Assembly: GCA_963845755.1 (NCBI GenBank)
Contig: CAWJTV010000038.1
Span: 163,210-227,209, forward strand
Length of the DNA stretch: 64,000 nt
Origin: an uncultured Planctomycetota bacterium
GTDB lineage: Bacteria > Planctomycetota > Planctomycetia > Isosphaerales > Isosphaeraceae
Reading direction: 5' to 3'
The notes under the pieces are model-generated. The model did not search any database. It saw nothing but the letters and a program-made list of their open reading frames with translations, and was not told where the DNA came from. Shown in pieces: positions 21,809 through 31,132 of the stretch. The position numbers were made by a program, and so were the translations under genes. How positions within the stretch are numbered: the first letter of the stretch is position 1; every line of letters begins with the position of its first letter.

Positions 21809-22385
21809 GAAGATGCGTCCGACGCAACGATTGACGGCGCAGCATGGTGCATTGCTGGTGGTGGATCTCCAGGACAAGCTCCTGGGGCTGATTCCCGACC
21901 GCGAGGCCGTGATCTCTCATACCGTAGCCCTGATTCGCGGAGCCCGGACGCTGGGGATGCCGGTCTGGGCCACGGAACAATACCCGCACGGCCTGGGGCC
22001 ATCCGCCGCCGCGATCGCCGAGTTGATTCCCGATCGACCGGCCAAGACGACCTTCCATTGCTGCGGAGTCCCTCAGCTCCTGGAGCAACTTTACGGCCGG
22101 AACATCCGTCATGTGACGGTCGCGGGAATCGAGGCCCACGTCTGCGTGGCCCAGACGGCTCTCGAATTGCTCGATCTCGGCTTCCGGGTCCAGGTCCCGG
22201 CCGATGCCGTCACCTCCCGCCATAGAATCGACTGGGAATTCGCGCTCCGGCGGCTCGAACGAGCCGGAGCCACCGTGTTGACGACTGAGTCCGTCCTCTT
22301 CGAATGGACCGAACGGTCCGACCGAGCTGAGTTCAAGGCCATCAGCGAGCTGATCAAGGCTTTAGCAGTAAGCCGAAGGCAGTAG
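21807..22385 (+). CDS. Isochorismatase family cysteine hydrolase
   Basis: LLVVDLQDKL, ATEQYPHGLG, AGIEAHVCVAQTALEL. Confidence 0.92.
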   Translation: MKMRPTQRLTAQHGALLVVDLQDKLLGLIPDREAVISHTVALIRGARTLGMPVWATEQYPHGLGPSAAAIAELIPDRPAKTTFHCCGVPQLLEQLYGRNIRHVTVAGIEAHVCVAQTALELLDLGFRVQVPADAVTSRHRIDWEFALRRLERAGATVLTTESVLFEWTERSDRAEFKAISELIKALAVSRRQ

Positions 22386-22440
22386 GCAGTGTAATGCATT
22401 TGACTTTTCTGCCTACTACCTACGGCCCACGGCCTACTGT
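22365..22440. repeat. Heptamer tandem repeats in inverted arrangement (GCAGTAG / CTACTGC-like)
   Basis: gcagtaagccgaaggcagtaggcagt ... ctgcctactacctacggcccacggcctactg. Confidence 0.6.
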
Positions 22441-22460
22441 TGGATTAAGGAGCTGCCCCC

Positions 22461-23675
22461 GTGTCCGCCGTCCCGCGACCACCGACGACGAGCCCTCTGA
22501 GTCCTTCGCCCCGGCTGCTATTGGGCCCTGGCCCCAGTGACGTGCATCCGCGCGTCCTGTCGGCGATGGCGACGCCCCTGGTGGGCCACCTTGACCCCGA
22601 GTTCGTGGCCTTGATGGACGAGACCCAGGAGCTGCTCCGTTACGTCTTCCAGACCACGAACCGGATGACGCTGGCGGTCTCCGGAACGGGCTCGGCCGGC
22701 ATGGAGACCGTGGTCGTCAACCTGATCGAGCCCGGCGACCGGATGTTGGTCTGCATCAACGGCGTCTTCGGCGCGCGGATGCAAGACGTGGCGGAGCGGG
22801 CCGGTGCGCAAGTCACCGTGATCGAACGGCCTTATGGTGAGGTGTTCGACCCGGACGAAGTGAAGGCGGCGATCCAACGCGTGGGACCGAAGGTCGTCGG
22901 GATCGTGCATGCGGAGACCTCGACAGGCGCCTGGCAGCCGGTGGAGGAGATCGCGCGGAACGCTCACGAGGCCGGTGCCTTGATCGCGCTGGATACCGTG
23001 ACCGCACTGGGGGGAATCCCCGTCGAGATCGATGCCTGGGAGATCGACGCGGTCTATTCCGGGACCCAGAAATGCCTGAGCTGCCCTCCGGGTCTGGCGC
23101 CGGTCTCGCTGGGCCCGCGAGCGGTCGAGGCCCTGAATCGTCGCAAGGCGAAGGTCCAGAGCTGGTACCTCGATCTGACGATGATCCAGCGCTACTGGGG
23201 GAGCGACCGGTTCTATCATCACACGGCGCCGATCAGCATGAATTATGCCCTGCGCGAGGCGCTGGCGGTGGTCGTCGAGGAGGGTTTGGAGGCCCGGTTC
23301 GCCCGGCATGCGCTCAACGGCCGCGCCCTCCATACCGGGCTAACCGCGATGGGCCTGAGCCTACTGGCCGATCCCAAGCATCGTCTGCCCCAGTTGACGT
23401 GCGTCAAGATCCCCGATGGCATCGATGACCTGACGGTCCGTCGCCGACTGCTCAAGGACTGGGGCATCGAGATCGGCGGCGGCCTCGGGCCGTTCAAGGG
23501 CCAGGCCTGGCGGATCGGGCTCATGGGATATGGCTCGCGGCAGAGCCACGTTACGCTGCTCCTGGCCGCGCTGGAGACCTGCCTCCGCGACCTGGGACAC
23601 AAGTTCCCGCCCGGCGAGGCGATCCGGGCGGCGTCCGCCGTGTACAACGAGTCGAATCAAACAGCGATGCCTTGA
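22461..23675 (+). CDS. Alanine-glyoxylate / serine-pyruvate aminotransferase (class V PLP)
   Basis: [57 protein letters not shown]. Confidence 0.94.
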   Translation: MSAVPRPPTTSPLSPSPRLLLGPGPSDVHPRVLSAMATPLVGHLDPEFVALMDETQELLRYVFQTTNRMTLAVSGTGSAGMETVVVNLIEPGDRMLVCINGVFGARMQDVAERAGAQVTVIERPYGEVFDPDEVKAAIQRVGPKVVGIVHAETSTGAWQPVEEIARNAHEAGALIALDTVTALGGIPVEIDAWEIDAVYSGTQKCLSCPPGLAPVSLGPRAVEALNRRKAKVQSWYLDLTMIQRYWGSDRFYHHTAPISMNYALREALAVVVEEGLEARFARHALNGRALHTGLTAMGLSLLADPKHRLPQLTCVKIPDGIDDLTVRRRLLKDWGIEIGGGLGPFKGQAWRIGLMGYGSRQSHVTLLLAALETCLRDLGHKFPPGEAIRAASAVYNESNQTAMP

Positions 23676-23703
23676 GGCGGCCGGCTCGACCGGTTTCCTG
23701 GTT

Positions 23704-23765
23704 GTAGGGTGGGTGCCACCCACCGACGTCAGGCTCGGGAATTCGGTGGATTTCACCCGCCCTAC
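23704..23765. repeat. GTAG-type REP doublet between convergent genes
   Basis: gtagggtgggtgccacccaccg ... cggtggatttcacccgccctac. Confidence 0.75.
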
Positions 23766-23784
23766 GAAGACCGGTCTCCTCGGT

Positions 23785-24997
23785 TTATTTCGCGCGATCC
23801 AGGGCGGAGTTCGCCGCTTCCTGGAAGGCTCGCCGGACCTCGGACAAGTCCGAGTTGGCGAAATTCGCGCGCTGGACCATCAGGATGTAGACGCGCTTCT
23901 TCACGGGGTCGATCCACGCCTGCGTGCCGTACGCCCCACCATGGCCGAAGGTCCCGGGCGAGAGCGCCGCGGTCACCCCTTGTGGCTCGCGGACGACGCA
24001 CCAGCCCAGGCCCCAGCCGTTCCCCGGCGTGAAGCCAGTCTTCAGGTCACCCGACTGGACCGTCGTCATCAGTCTGACGGACTCCGGCTTCAAGTAGCGC
24101 CTACCGTCGAACTCGCCTTCGTTGAGGATCATCTGACAGAAGCGGCGCGTAATCCGGCGCGGTCGAAAAGAGCCCGCCGTTCCCCGCCGGGAAGCGATCG
24201 CGGCTGGTCGGCTTCTGGCCGTTCAGGAAGCGGATCTCCGTCGCCTCGAGCTTGCCCGATTCACTCCGGCGGTACGAGCTGGCGAGCCGCGGGAGTTGAT
24301 TGTCGGTTAGATAGAACGTCGTGTCCTTCATTTCCAGCGGGTCGAACAGCCGCCGCTGGAGGAATTCCTCGAATGGCTCGCCCGAGACGACCTCGACGAT
24401 GCGGGCCGCGGTGTTGATCGCCGACTGGCAATAGGCCCACTTCGTGCCGGGCTCGAACCGGACAGGCTTTGCGACATACAGAGGGATGACCCCCGCCAGC
24501 TTCTTGATACCCCGGGCCTCGCCGGGCGAGAGATCGCTCATGCCCGAGGTGTGCGTGAGCAGGTGGCGGATCGTGACCCGCGCGGGCTTGCCGTCCGCCA
24601 TCTTGAGGCTCTGGAACTCCGGAATGTACGTCTCGACCAGGTCATCGACGGACAGTTTCCCCTCCTCGTGAAGCATGAGGACGGCCGTGCCCGTGATGGG
24701 CTTGGTCATCGACGCGATCCAGACGATGCTGTCCGGACGCATCGGCTTCGCTTCACCGATATCGGCGTTGCCGATTGCGTCCGAATGCACGATCCGATCG
24801 GACGTCGCCACGAGTGTCACGGCGCCCGCGATCTCCTGGTGTTCGAGGAACGGCCGCAACTGCTCGTTGATCGCGGAGATGACCGGCGTTTTGCCGGCCT
24901 CGCCGGATTCCTGACGAGCGATCGTGGTGCCGGCCGTGGCCAGGAGGAACAGCGAGGCGATGGCTCCAGAGAAGATCGAAGCGGTGAGTCTCGGCAT
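23785..24997 (-). CDS. Serine hydrolase (class C beta-lactamase fold), secreted, frameshift near 24145
   Basis: Signal peptide, IASMTKP (SxxK), HLLTHTSG, GGLFSTAPDY, FGHGGAYGT. Confidence 0.9.
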
Positions 24998-25182
24998 GTT
25001 GAAGTCACCTCGACAATGGATCGGGATTCTCCGGATGGGCGCCGTCCGACCCTCTGGACGGTCTCATCCAGTTGATCGCGATCCACGATGGAATCGAGGA
25101 GACTGTATCAACGATGCCGGGTCATTGCATCACAATAGAGAAAAGCGACCGTCGCCTCGCCGGCTTGTTGAGAAAGCCTGAC

Positions 25183-26827
25183 CTACTTTGCCGGAGGGGC
25201 GGCCTTCGTCCGATCGGCCAGGGCGACGACCTGTTTGATGCGATTCTGGCGGCTCTGTAATTGCTGGATCCGCAATCCGACCTCAGCGATCTCGGCCTCG
25301 ACGATTTGAATTTGGGCGGTGGCAACCTTGTACTCACCTTCGCCCCGGGCGACATCCTCCGTGGAAACCATCCCCGGCTTCCGTTCGTTGAGACGCTTGT
25401 TTCGGGCGACAACGGTCTGGGCCACCTCTGTCTGGGCTTCGGCTTTCAGTCGCTCCGCATTCTTCCGGCGCATCTCCAGCTTGAGGCGAGCGATCTCGTC
25501 GGCGATGTCTTGGTCGAGCCCTTCCAGCAAAGAGGTGGTGGCGCGAACTTGTTTTCGCGACTCCTCCCATGCCATTCGCCCGGGCACATCACTTCGGTGG
25601 GTCATTTCGGGATTATTCCCATCGTAGTCTTCCAACTGATTCTTGAGCTGGATTTCCAGCTCGCGGATCGAGTTCGAGGTTACCGGGAAGTTCCTTCGTG
25701 ATCCGTCATTGGGGCGATCCGGGGACGGGCTTGGAGGCGACTGGACCCGCCGGTCGTCGAGCAAGTCGTTCAGCTCGTGGATGATTCGGGTGACCACATC
25801 CTTTTCGCGAGCCTGGAGAACCTGGGTCTTCTTCAGCCTCGCGGATAACTCGGCAATCTCGTCCTTGTTTGCGGGTTCGACTTGCTCCCACGGGTCGAAG
25901 GTGATCGAGGCTGAATTCTTGGCCGCCCCAGCGTCTTGTGACTGCGACGAGGCATATGACACGGCGACCACGCCGCCAGCCGAGAGGCAGGTGGCCAGGA
26001 CGGCCAGTCCGATCCATTTCAGTTGAGCGAGTTTCATGGTCGTGAGCACTCCCTGGGTCAGTGCGAGCGCCGATGCGGCGACCGCGCCGGCCTGGATGGT
26101 TTGAGCCGAGCCGAAACCGAAAGCCGCCTTCACCGTCGCCGAGACCAGCGACGGCGGGACGGCCTCGACGAGGAGTCTGGCCGGCAACCTGGAACCCGTG
26201 CCCAGAATCGCGGCGGTCGGGGCGAATCCCCGGCGCGTCAGTCGTCTCTTGAGCAGGTCGCGACCCCGGGCCAACCGGCTACGAACGGTCCCGACCGGAC
26301 AGCGGAGTTCCTCCGCGGCCTGGTCGTGGGTCCGTCCCCGCAGGTAGCACAGAATCAGCGGTGCCCGGTATTTTTCCGGCAGCCGGTTCAACTCCTGATC
26401 GAGCACGGGGTCGATTTCCAGTCGTTCTGTCGACTCCGGCCGGGCCGCGACTTCCAGTTCCGCAACCGCGGCCTCGTGGCCCCGGCGGCGAAGCGTCTGG
26501 GTCCGCGCCCGTCGCGCGACCCGATACGCCACGCCATAAAGCCAGCTTGACAAGAGGTTTCCGTCCCGGATCGCCGGCGCCTTGCGGACCAGTACCAGGA
26601 ACGTCGCCTGGAAACGCGTCCTCGATGTCCCGCGGGTCGCGGAGCATCCGCCGGCACAGGCCCAGCACCATCGGACCGTGCAGGTCCACCAGTGCCTCGA
26701 AGGCGTCCTCATCCCGGCGCATCCGGTAACGCTCCAGGAGCTGCCCGTCTCCCAGACCGCCCAGCGTCCCCTCCCGGAACAGCCGGTCGATCTGCCGCAA
26801 GACGATCCCACGGCCGGTGCACGACAT
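25183..26827 (-). CDS. ECF sigma factor with TM segment and coiled-coil C-terminal extension (frameshift near 26615)
   Basis: DEDAFEALVDLHGPMVLGLCRR..DIEDAFQATFLVL, SWLYGVAYR, LPEKYRAPLILC..GTVRSRLARGR, then KWIGLAVLATCLSAGGVVAV TM. Confidence 0.9.
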
Positions 26828-27074
26828 CGCTCGATCCTCCCCCAACAAATGCCCGATCATCCAACTTACTGCACCCGGAGCCGGAACCAATCCCGATTCT
26901 TCGGAAAAAATGGTTCGCGCCCTTCCGCAGGGGACATCCGAAATGTTTCGGCCAGGGCACTTGCAGCCGATCGTCCCAGTGGGTAGACTGACAGTACGAC
27001 GTTCGTAAGAGACGGTGTCCAGATCTTCTCTGGAATCTGGAATCGGGAATTTGTCATTCCGAAAGGGGCGCCCG

Positions 27075-28708
27075 ATGTTGCGCGAGCTGGAGAAGCCGGT
27101 GGCCCGAGTTTTCCGGCGATTGCGGTACCAGCGGTTCCTGACCATCCTGGTGTGGTCGTGGGCGTTCGCGCTGGTGATTGTGGCCGGAGTGATCGGCGCG
27201 GAGAAGCTTCTCAATCGCGCCCTCGCGGGGCCGGGTTGGGTGCCATTCGCGGTGGCCGGGATATTCGGGATGCTGGTGGCGTCGGGTTTCGCGATTTTCT
27301 CCGGCCCGAGCCGGCTGGACGCCGCGGTGGCAATCGATCGCGCCTTTCACTTGAACGAGCGGCTCAGCTCGGCCCTGAGCCTGCCCGAGGGCCTGCGCGA
27401 GACCCCCGCGGGTCGGGCCCTGATCGCCGACTCCGTGCGGAAGGTCACCGACCTGGACGTCGCCGCCGAGTTCGGCCTCCGGCTTCCCCGCCGGGCCTGG
27501 GTCGTGCTGATCCCCGCCACGGTCTGCGCCTGCTCCTGTTCGCCCCCGCGTGGGTTCGCAACGCCGTGCTGGCCAAGACCATCAGCGAGACGGTTGACAC
27601 TAAGGCGCTGGCCAAACAGGCCCAGGCCCTCAGCAAGAAGATCGCCAGCCAGCGCTCGGTGATCGACAAACAGAAGTTCCCGGAGGCCGACAAGCTCCTG
27701 GCCCAACTGCAGAAGAAGACCGACGAGCTGACCAAGGCGCCCCCCGCGGCCAAGGACAAGCTCATGGTCGAGCTGAATTCCTTGACCGACGCGTTGAAGG
27801 AGCGGCAGAAGCAGCTCGGCTCCCCCGACCAGGTGAACCGCCAGCTCAAGCAGCTCAAGGAAATGGGGAGCTCCGGTCCCGCTGACGAATTCGCCAAGGA
27901 CCTCGCCCGCGGCGACTTCAAGAAGGCGGCCGAAGATCTCAAGAAGCTCCAGGAAAAACTCGCGTCGGGCAAGATGACCGAGGCCGAGCAGAAGGCCCTC
28001 AAAGAACAGCTTCAGGAGATGGCCAAGAAGCTCAACGACCTGGCCAACCTCGAGCAGCGGAAGAAACAGTTGGAGGAAGCCCGCAAGAACGGCGGCCTGA
28101 GCGAACAGCAATATCAGCGCGAGATGGAAAAGCTCCAGGAACAGGCCAAGGGCCTCAAGCAGCTCCAGCAGCTCGCCAGCAAGATCGGCCAGGCCCAGGA
28201 GGCGATGCAGAAGGGCGACATGAAAAAGGCCGCCGAGGCGATGGGCATGTCGCAGCAGCAGCTCCAGGAGATGGCCAAGCAGCTCGAGGAGATGCAGGCC
28301 CTCGACGGCGCCCTGGCCGACGTCCAGGATTCCAAGAACGGTATGTCCGCCGATGGGATGAACCAACTCGGCGACGACCTGAACGCCCTCGGCATGAATA
28401 TGGAACGTCGCAAAGGCAACGGCAACGGCATGGGCCGCGGCCGAGGACAGGGCGATCGCCCCGAGGCCCCCGACGATACCGCGACCTACAAGGCTAAGGT
28501 CCCCAACCAGATCGGCAAGGGAAAAGCCGTCTTGCAAGGATTCACCACGCCAAGCAAGACTGTCAAGGGCCACACCCTCATCGACATCCAGGCCGAGCTC
28601 GAAACCTCCATCGGCTCCACCGCCGATGCCCTCTCCAATCAGAAAATCCCCAAGAACCTCGAGAAGCACATCCGGTCTTACTACGACCAACTGAATAAAG
28701 GACGTTGA
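27075..28708 (+). CDS. Membrane protein with long Q/K/E-rich coiled coil (frameshift near 27525)
   Basis: Three N-terminal TMs, AVAIDRAFHLNERLSSALSL, helical coiled coil, C-terminal IPKNLEKHIRSYYDQL. Confidence 0.75.
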
Positions 28709-28760
28709 TCGATCCATCTGGGAAAAGCCAGACTTCGCTCGATCCGGCAACTTTCGACGG

Positions 28761-28790
28761 CCCAGGGTGCGCCTCCGGCAACCCTGGGCC
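28761..28790. repeat. Palindromic REP-like unit (cccagggtgcgcc..ggcaaccctggg)
   Basis: Same family as 61339-61590 and 18309-18330. Confidence 0.55.
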
Positions 28791-28907
28791 GTTTGGTTTA
28801 ACGTCGTTGGGTCGGGGAACGCCTGGTCGTTGCGCAGTCAACGTTGCCCATCCCCATCTCCGGCTACGGTCGAACGCGCCCCCTGGGGACGCCCTTCCCA
28901 GAAAAAT

Positions 28908-28998
28908 CCCGAGGCGTATTCGGTCTCTCCGGGCCGATCCTGATAAGAGATGTAATGGCCGCTCAACTCAGTGGGGTGGCTCGCTGCCGAACCACCCT
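28908..28998 (+). promoter_or_regulatory. Island-specific ~85-bp element, copy 1
   Basis: cccgaggcgtaTTCGG(28919)tctct..cctgataag; dyad ggctcg-ctgc-cgaacc at 28978. Confidence 0.5.
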
Positions 28999-29039
28999 GC
29001 TGAGCGCGGCTGTTACTCACGGAGTCGTCACGTGCGGAG

Positions 29040-29200
29040 TCGGCCCGGCGCCAGGGTTTCACCCCTCCATAGCGACTGCACGAGGCGAGGGTCGAACCAT
29101 CTCGCGAGGACCTCAAGGCGTTGATCTGGACCTGAGGCCTTTCCGGGGTCGGCAGTTCCTGGCATGTGGCGAGTTCCCGGATCCGAATCACTTCTCCTCC
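29040..29200 (-). pseudogene. Decayed copy of the last WD40 repeat of the kinase at 31133-34621
   Basis: Aligns by eye with 31158-31320 (cgaggcgagggtcga, ggcgttgatctgg, gttcctgg, gatccg); translates QINALRSSRDGSTLASCSRYGGVKPW vs QINALAFSPDGSTLASCGHDGAVKLW. Confidence 0.75.
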
Positions 29201-29277
29201 CGTTTCTCGCATGGCCACGTCCGGGTCTGCCTGGCCCGGCTGGTCCGATATCCGAGGATTCTCTCGAAAACCTTTCG

Positions 29278-29400
29278 AAGTCGCGTTCGGTTTTTCAATT
29301 TCGAGTTACTTGTAAGTAGTCGGCCACGCTGCGGTGCCCACTCGCAACTCGGCTCGGCGGCGAGCCATCGCTTCGACAGACCGATCGTGGTGCGCTTCGC
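29278..29400 (+). promoter_or_regulatory. Island-specific element, copy 2 (extended ~125-bp duplicate of 29848-29966)
   Basis: aagtcgcgTTCGG(29286)tttttcaatttcgagttacttgtaag; ggctcg-gcgg-cgagcc at 29351; cagaccgatcgtggtgcgc. Confidence 0.65.
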
Positions 29401-29495
29401 TGAGGCATCTTAACATCGAGTCACAGGTCGAGGGCGATTAAGTGTTGGGTTGAGCACGCGCGGGGAGCCCTCCGGAACCTGCGGAGGACCTGTCG

Positions 29496-29747
29496 ATGTG
29501 GGAAAAAAGACCTGAATTCGGGCCGATCACGGCCCTGGACGTGATGGTGATCATCGGGGTCTTGATCGTCTTGTTGCTCGGATCGATGCACGGGTCTTCC
29601 TTCGATCAGGATGAAGTATCGGCGGCACAGCCGGCCCGGTCGCCGGCCCCGGGTGAGTTCCGTGGGCTGACGGTCCCCCAGGTCATCGATGAGATGAATC
29701 GGCGTGGCCACAACAGTCCGCCCGATGTACTCGTGCCGGACCTATGA
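29496..29747 (+). CDS. Small membrane protein with prepilin-like N-terminal helix
   Basis: GGAGGA RBS; FGPITALDVMVIIGVLIVLLLG hydrophobic segment. Confidence 0.6.
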   Translation: MWEKRPEFGPITALDVMVIIGVLIVLLLGSMHGSSFDQDEVSAAQPARSPAPGEFRGLTVPQVIDEMNRRGHNSPPDVLVPDL

Positions 29748-29847
29748 GACCAATCGGCTCGAGACGGACGAGTCAGATCCCCCTGGCTCGGGCAGCCCTC
29801 CAATCGTCGGCTGGATTCTGGAGAAACTCTTCAGCGAATGATCCTCA

Positions 29848-29966
29848 AAGTCGCGTTCGGCTTTTCGATCTCGAGGTACGAGTTAGGTAGGACGACACGC
29901 TGTCCACCGGCGAATCGGCTCGGTGACGAGTCATCGCTTGGGCAGACCGATCGTGGTGCGCCTCGC
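29848..29966 (+). promoter_or_regulatory. Island-specific element, copy 3 (upstream of PEP-CTERM gene)
   Basis: aagtcgcgTTCGG(29856)cttttcgatctcgaggtacgagttag; ggctcg-gtga-cgagtc at 29917; cagaccgatcgtggtgcgc. Confidence 0.65.
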
Positions 29967-30189
29967 CCAGCTTTCGCCGCCGAATCGCGGGCCTGGCCTG
30001 ACCCAGAGAAACGTCAACAGAACGCCTTCGGGAAGTCGCTCGAGGTCCACCTGAAAGATCTGTGCGCCGGCGATCGACGATCCATGTGGGATTCGCGCAC
30101 ACCGCGACAGGATCGGCCAATCATCAATCTCCTTGATCCCGCCGAGAAACCTCGGACTGACTTCATTGCTCTAAAAGGGACTTATTCTC

Positions 30190-30921
30190 ATGCGACCTCA
30201 AATCTTGATCACCGTAGCGGTCCTCTCGCTCCTTCCCGGCGTCGTGCGGGCCGGGGACCTGACTTTTACCGAAACCATGGTGGCGAATTTCGAATTCTCC
30301 TTGCTGGGAGGCACGGTCCTCAATCCGGGCCCCACGACCCCGTTCGTTCCGTTCGAGGCCATCGGCAACTTGACCTTCACACTCGATGCCTCGCTCAATG
30401 ACCCGAGTCAGCCGACGACGGTCCCTTTCACGAATGTCACCGGATTGCTGAACGGCGTCACTCCCCCCTCTCCGCCAGAGTTCCTCCCCTTCACGATCAG
30501 CCCCGATGTGCAATTCATCGGCGGGGAATTGACGAATATTGTGCGCGACGGCCAGGGCAACGTGACCTCCGCCGACGTGTCGGACCTCTCGATGAGATGG
30601 GACCTGATCGGGCCTGGCGGTTTGACACTCTTCACGAAGGATGGGTTGCCTTTCGACGGCTCGATCACGTCCCTTCCGTTCTCGAATGGCACGGTCCTGT
30701 CGGGACTCGCTCCCTTCAACGTGTATCTCGATGATGGTGGGTCCGACCCTCTGGTCGTGATCGGCCAGAATCGATTCCTGACCTCCATCCCCGAGCCCTC
30801 GAGCCTCGTCTTGCTAGGCGCGGGCGTTGCCGGACTGGGCGTCTGGTCGCAGAAGCGTCGGAGGGCCCGGAGATCAAGACCAGACACGATGGATTCACGC
30901 TCATCGAGCTCCGGGTCGTGA
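30190..30921 (+). CDS. PEP-CTERM sorting domain protein
   Basis: Signal peptide (..VVRAGD); C-terminal [29 protein letters not shown]. Confidence 0.9.
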   Translation: MRPQILITVAVLSLLPGVVRAGDLTFTETMVANFEFSLLGGTVLNPGPTTPFVPFEAIGNLTFTLDASLNDPSQPTTVPFTNVTGLLNGVTPPSPPEFLPFTISPDVQFIGGELTNIVRDGQGNVTSADVSDLSMRWDLIGPGGLTLFTKDGLPFDGSITSLPFSNGTVLSGLAPFNVYLDDGGSDPLVVIGQNRFLTSIPEPSSLVLLGAGVAGLGVWSQKRRRARRSRPDTMDSRSSSSGS

Positions 30922-31013
30922 TCGCGATCATCGCGATCCTGAATGCCTTGTTGCTTCCCGCGGTTCAGTCCGCCCGGGAAGCCGCTCGCCATGCCTCCTG
31001 CAAGGTGGCCTGA
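30891..31013 (+). pseudogene. Relic of a DUF1559 prepilin-type gene (N-terminus only)
   Basis: My translation: [40 protein letters not shown]; compare intact [34 protein letters not shown] at 37405. Confidence 0.8.
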
Positions 31014-31048
31014 AGGCGCTCTCCGTCTGATCCGGGGAACCACGCTGA

Positions 31049-31082
31049 AATGGTCCACTCGTTACGGGGTGGGTCGAGCCTC
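31049..31082. terminator. GC-rich hairpin between convergent genes
   Basis: gtgggtcgagcctc-cggc-gaggctcggcccac. Confidence 0.5.
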
Positions 31083-31132
31083 CGGCGAGGCTCGGCCCAC
31101 GGTGAGTTCCCAGAAGCGAGGATGCGTGGGCC

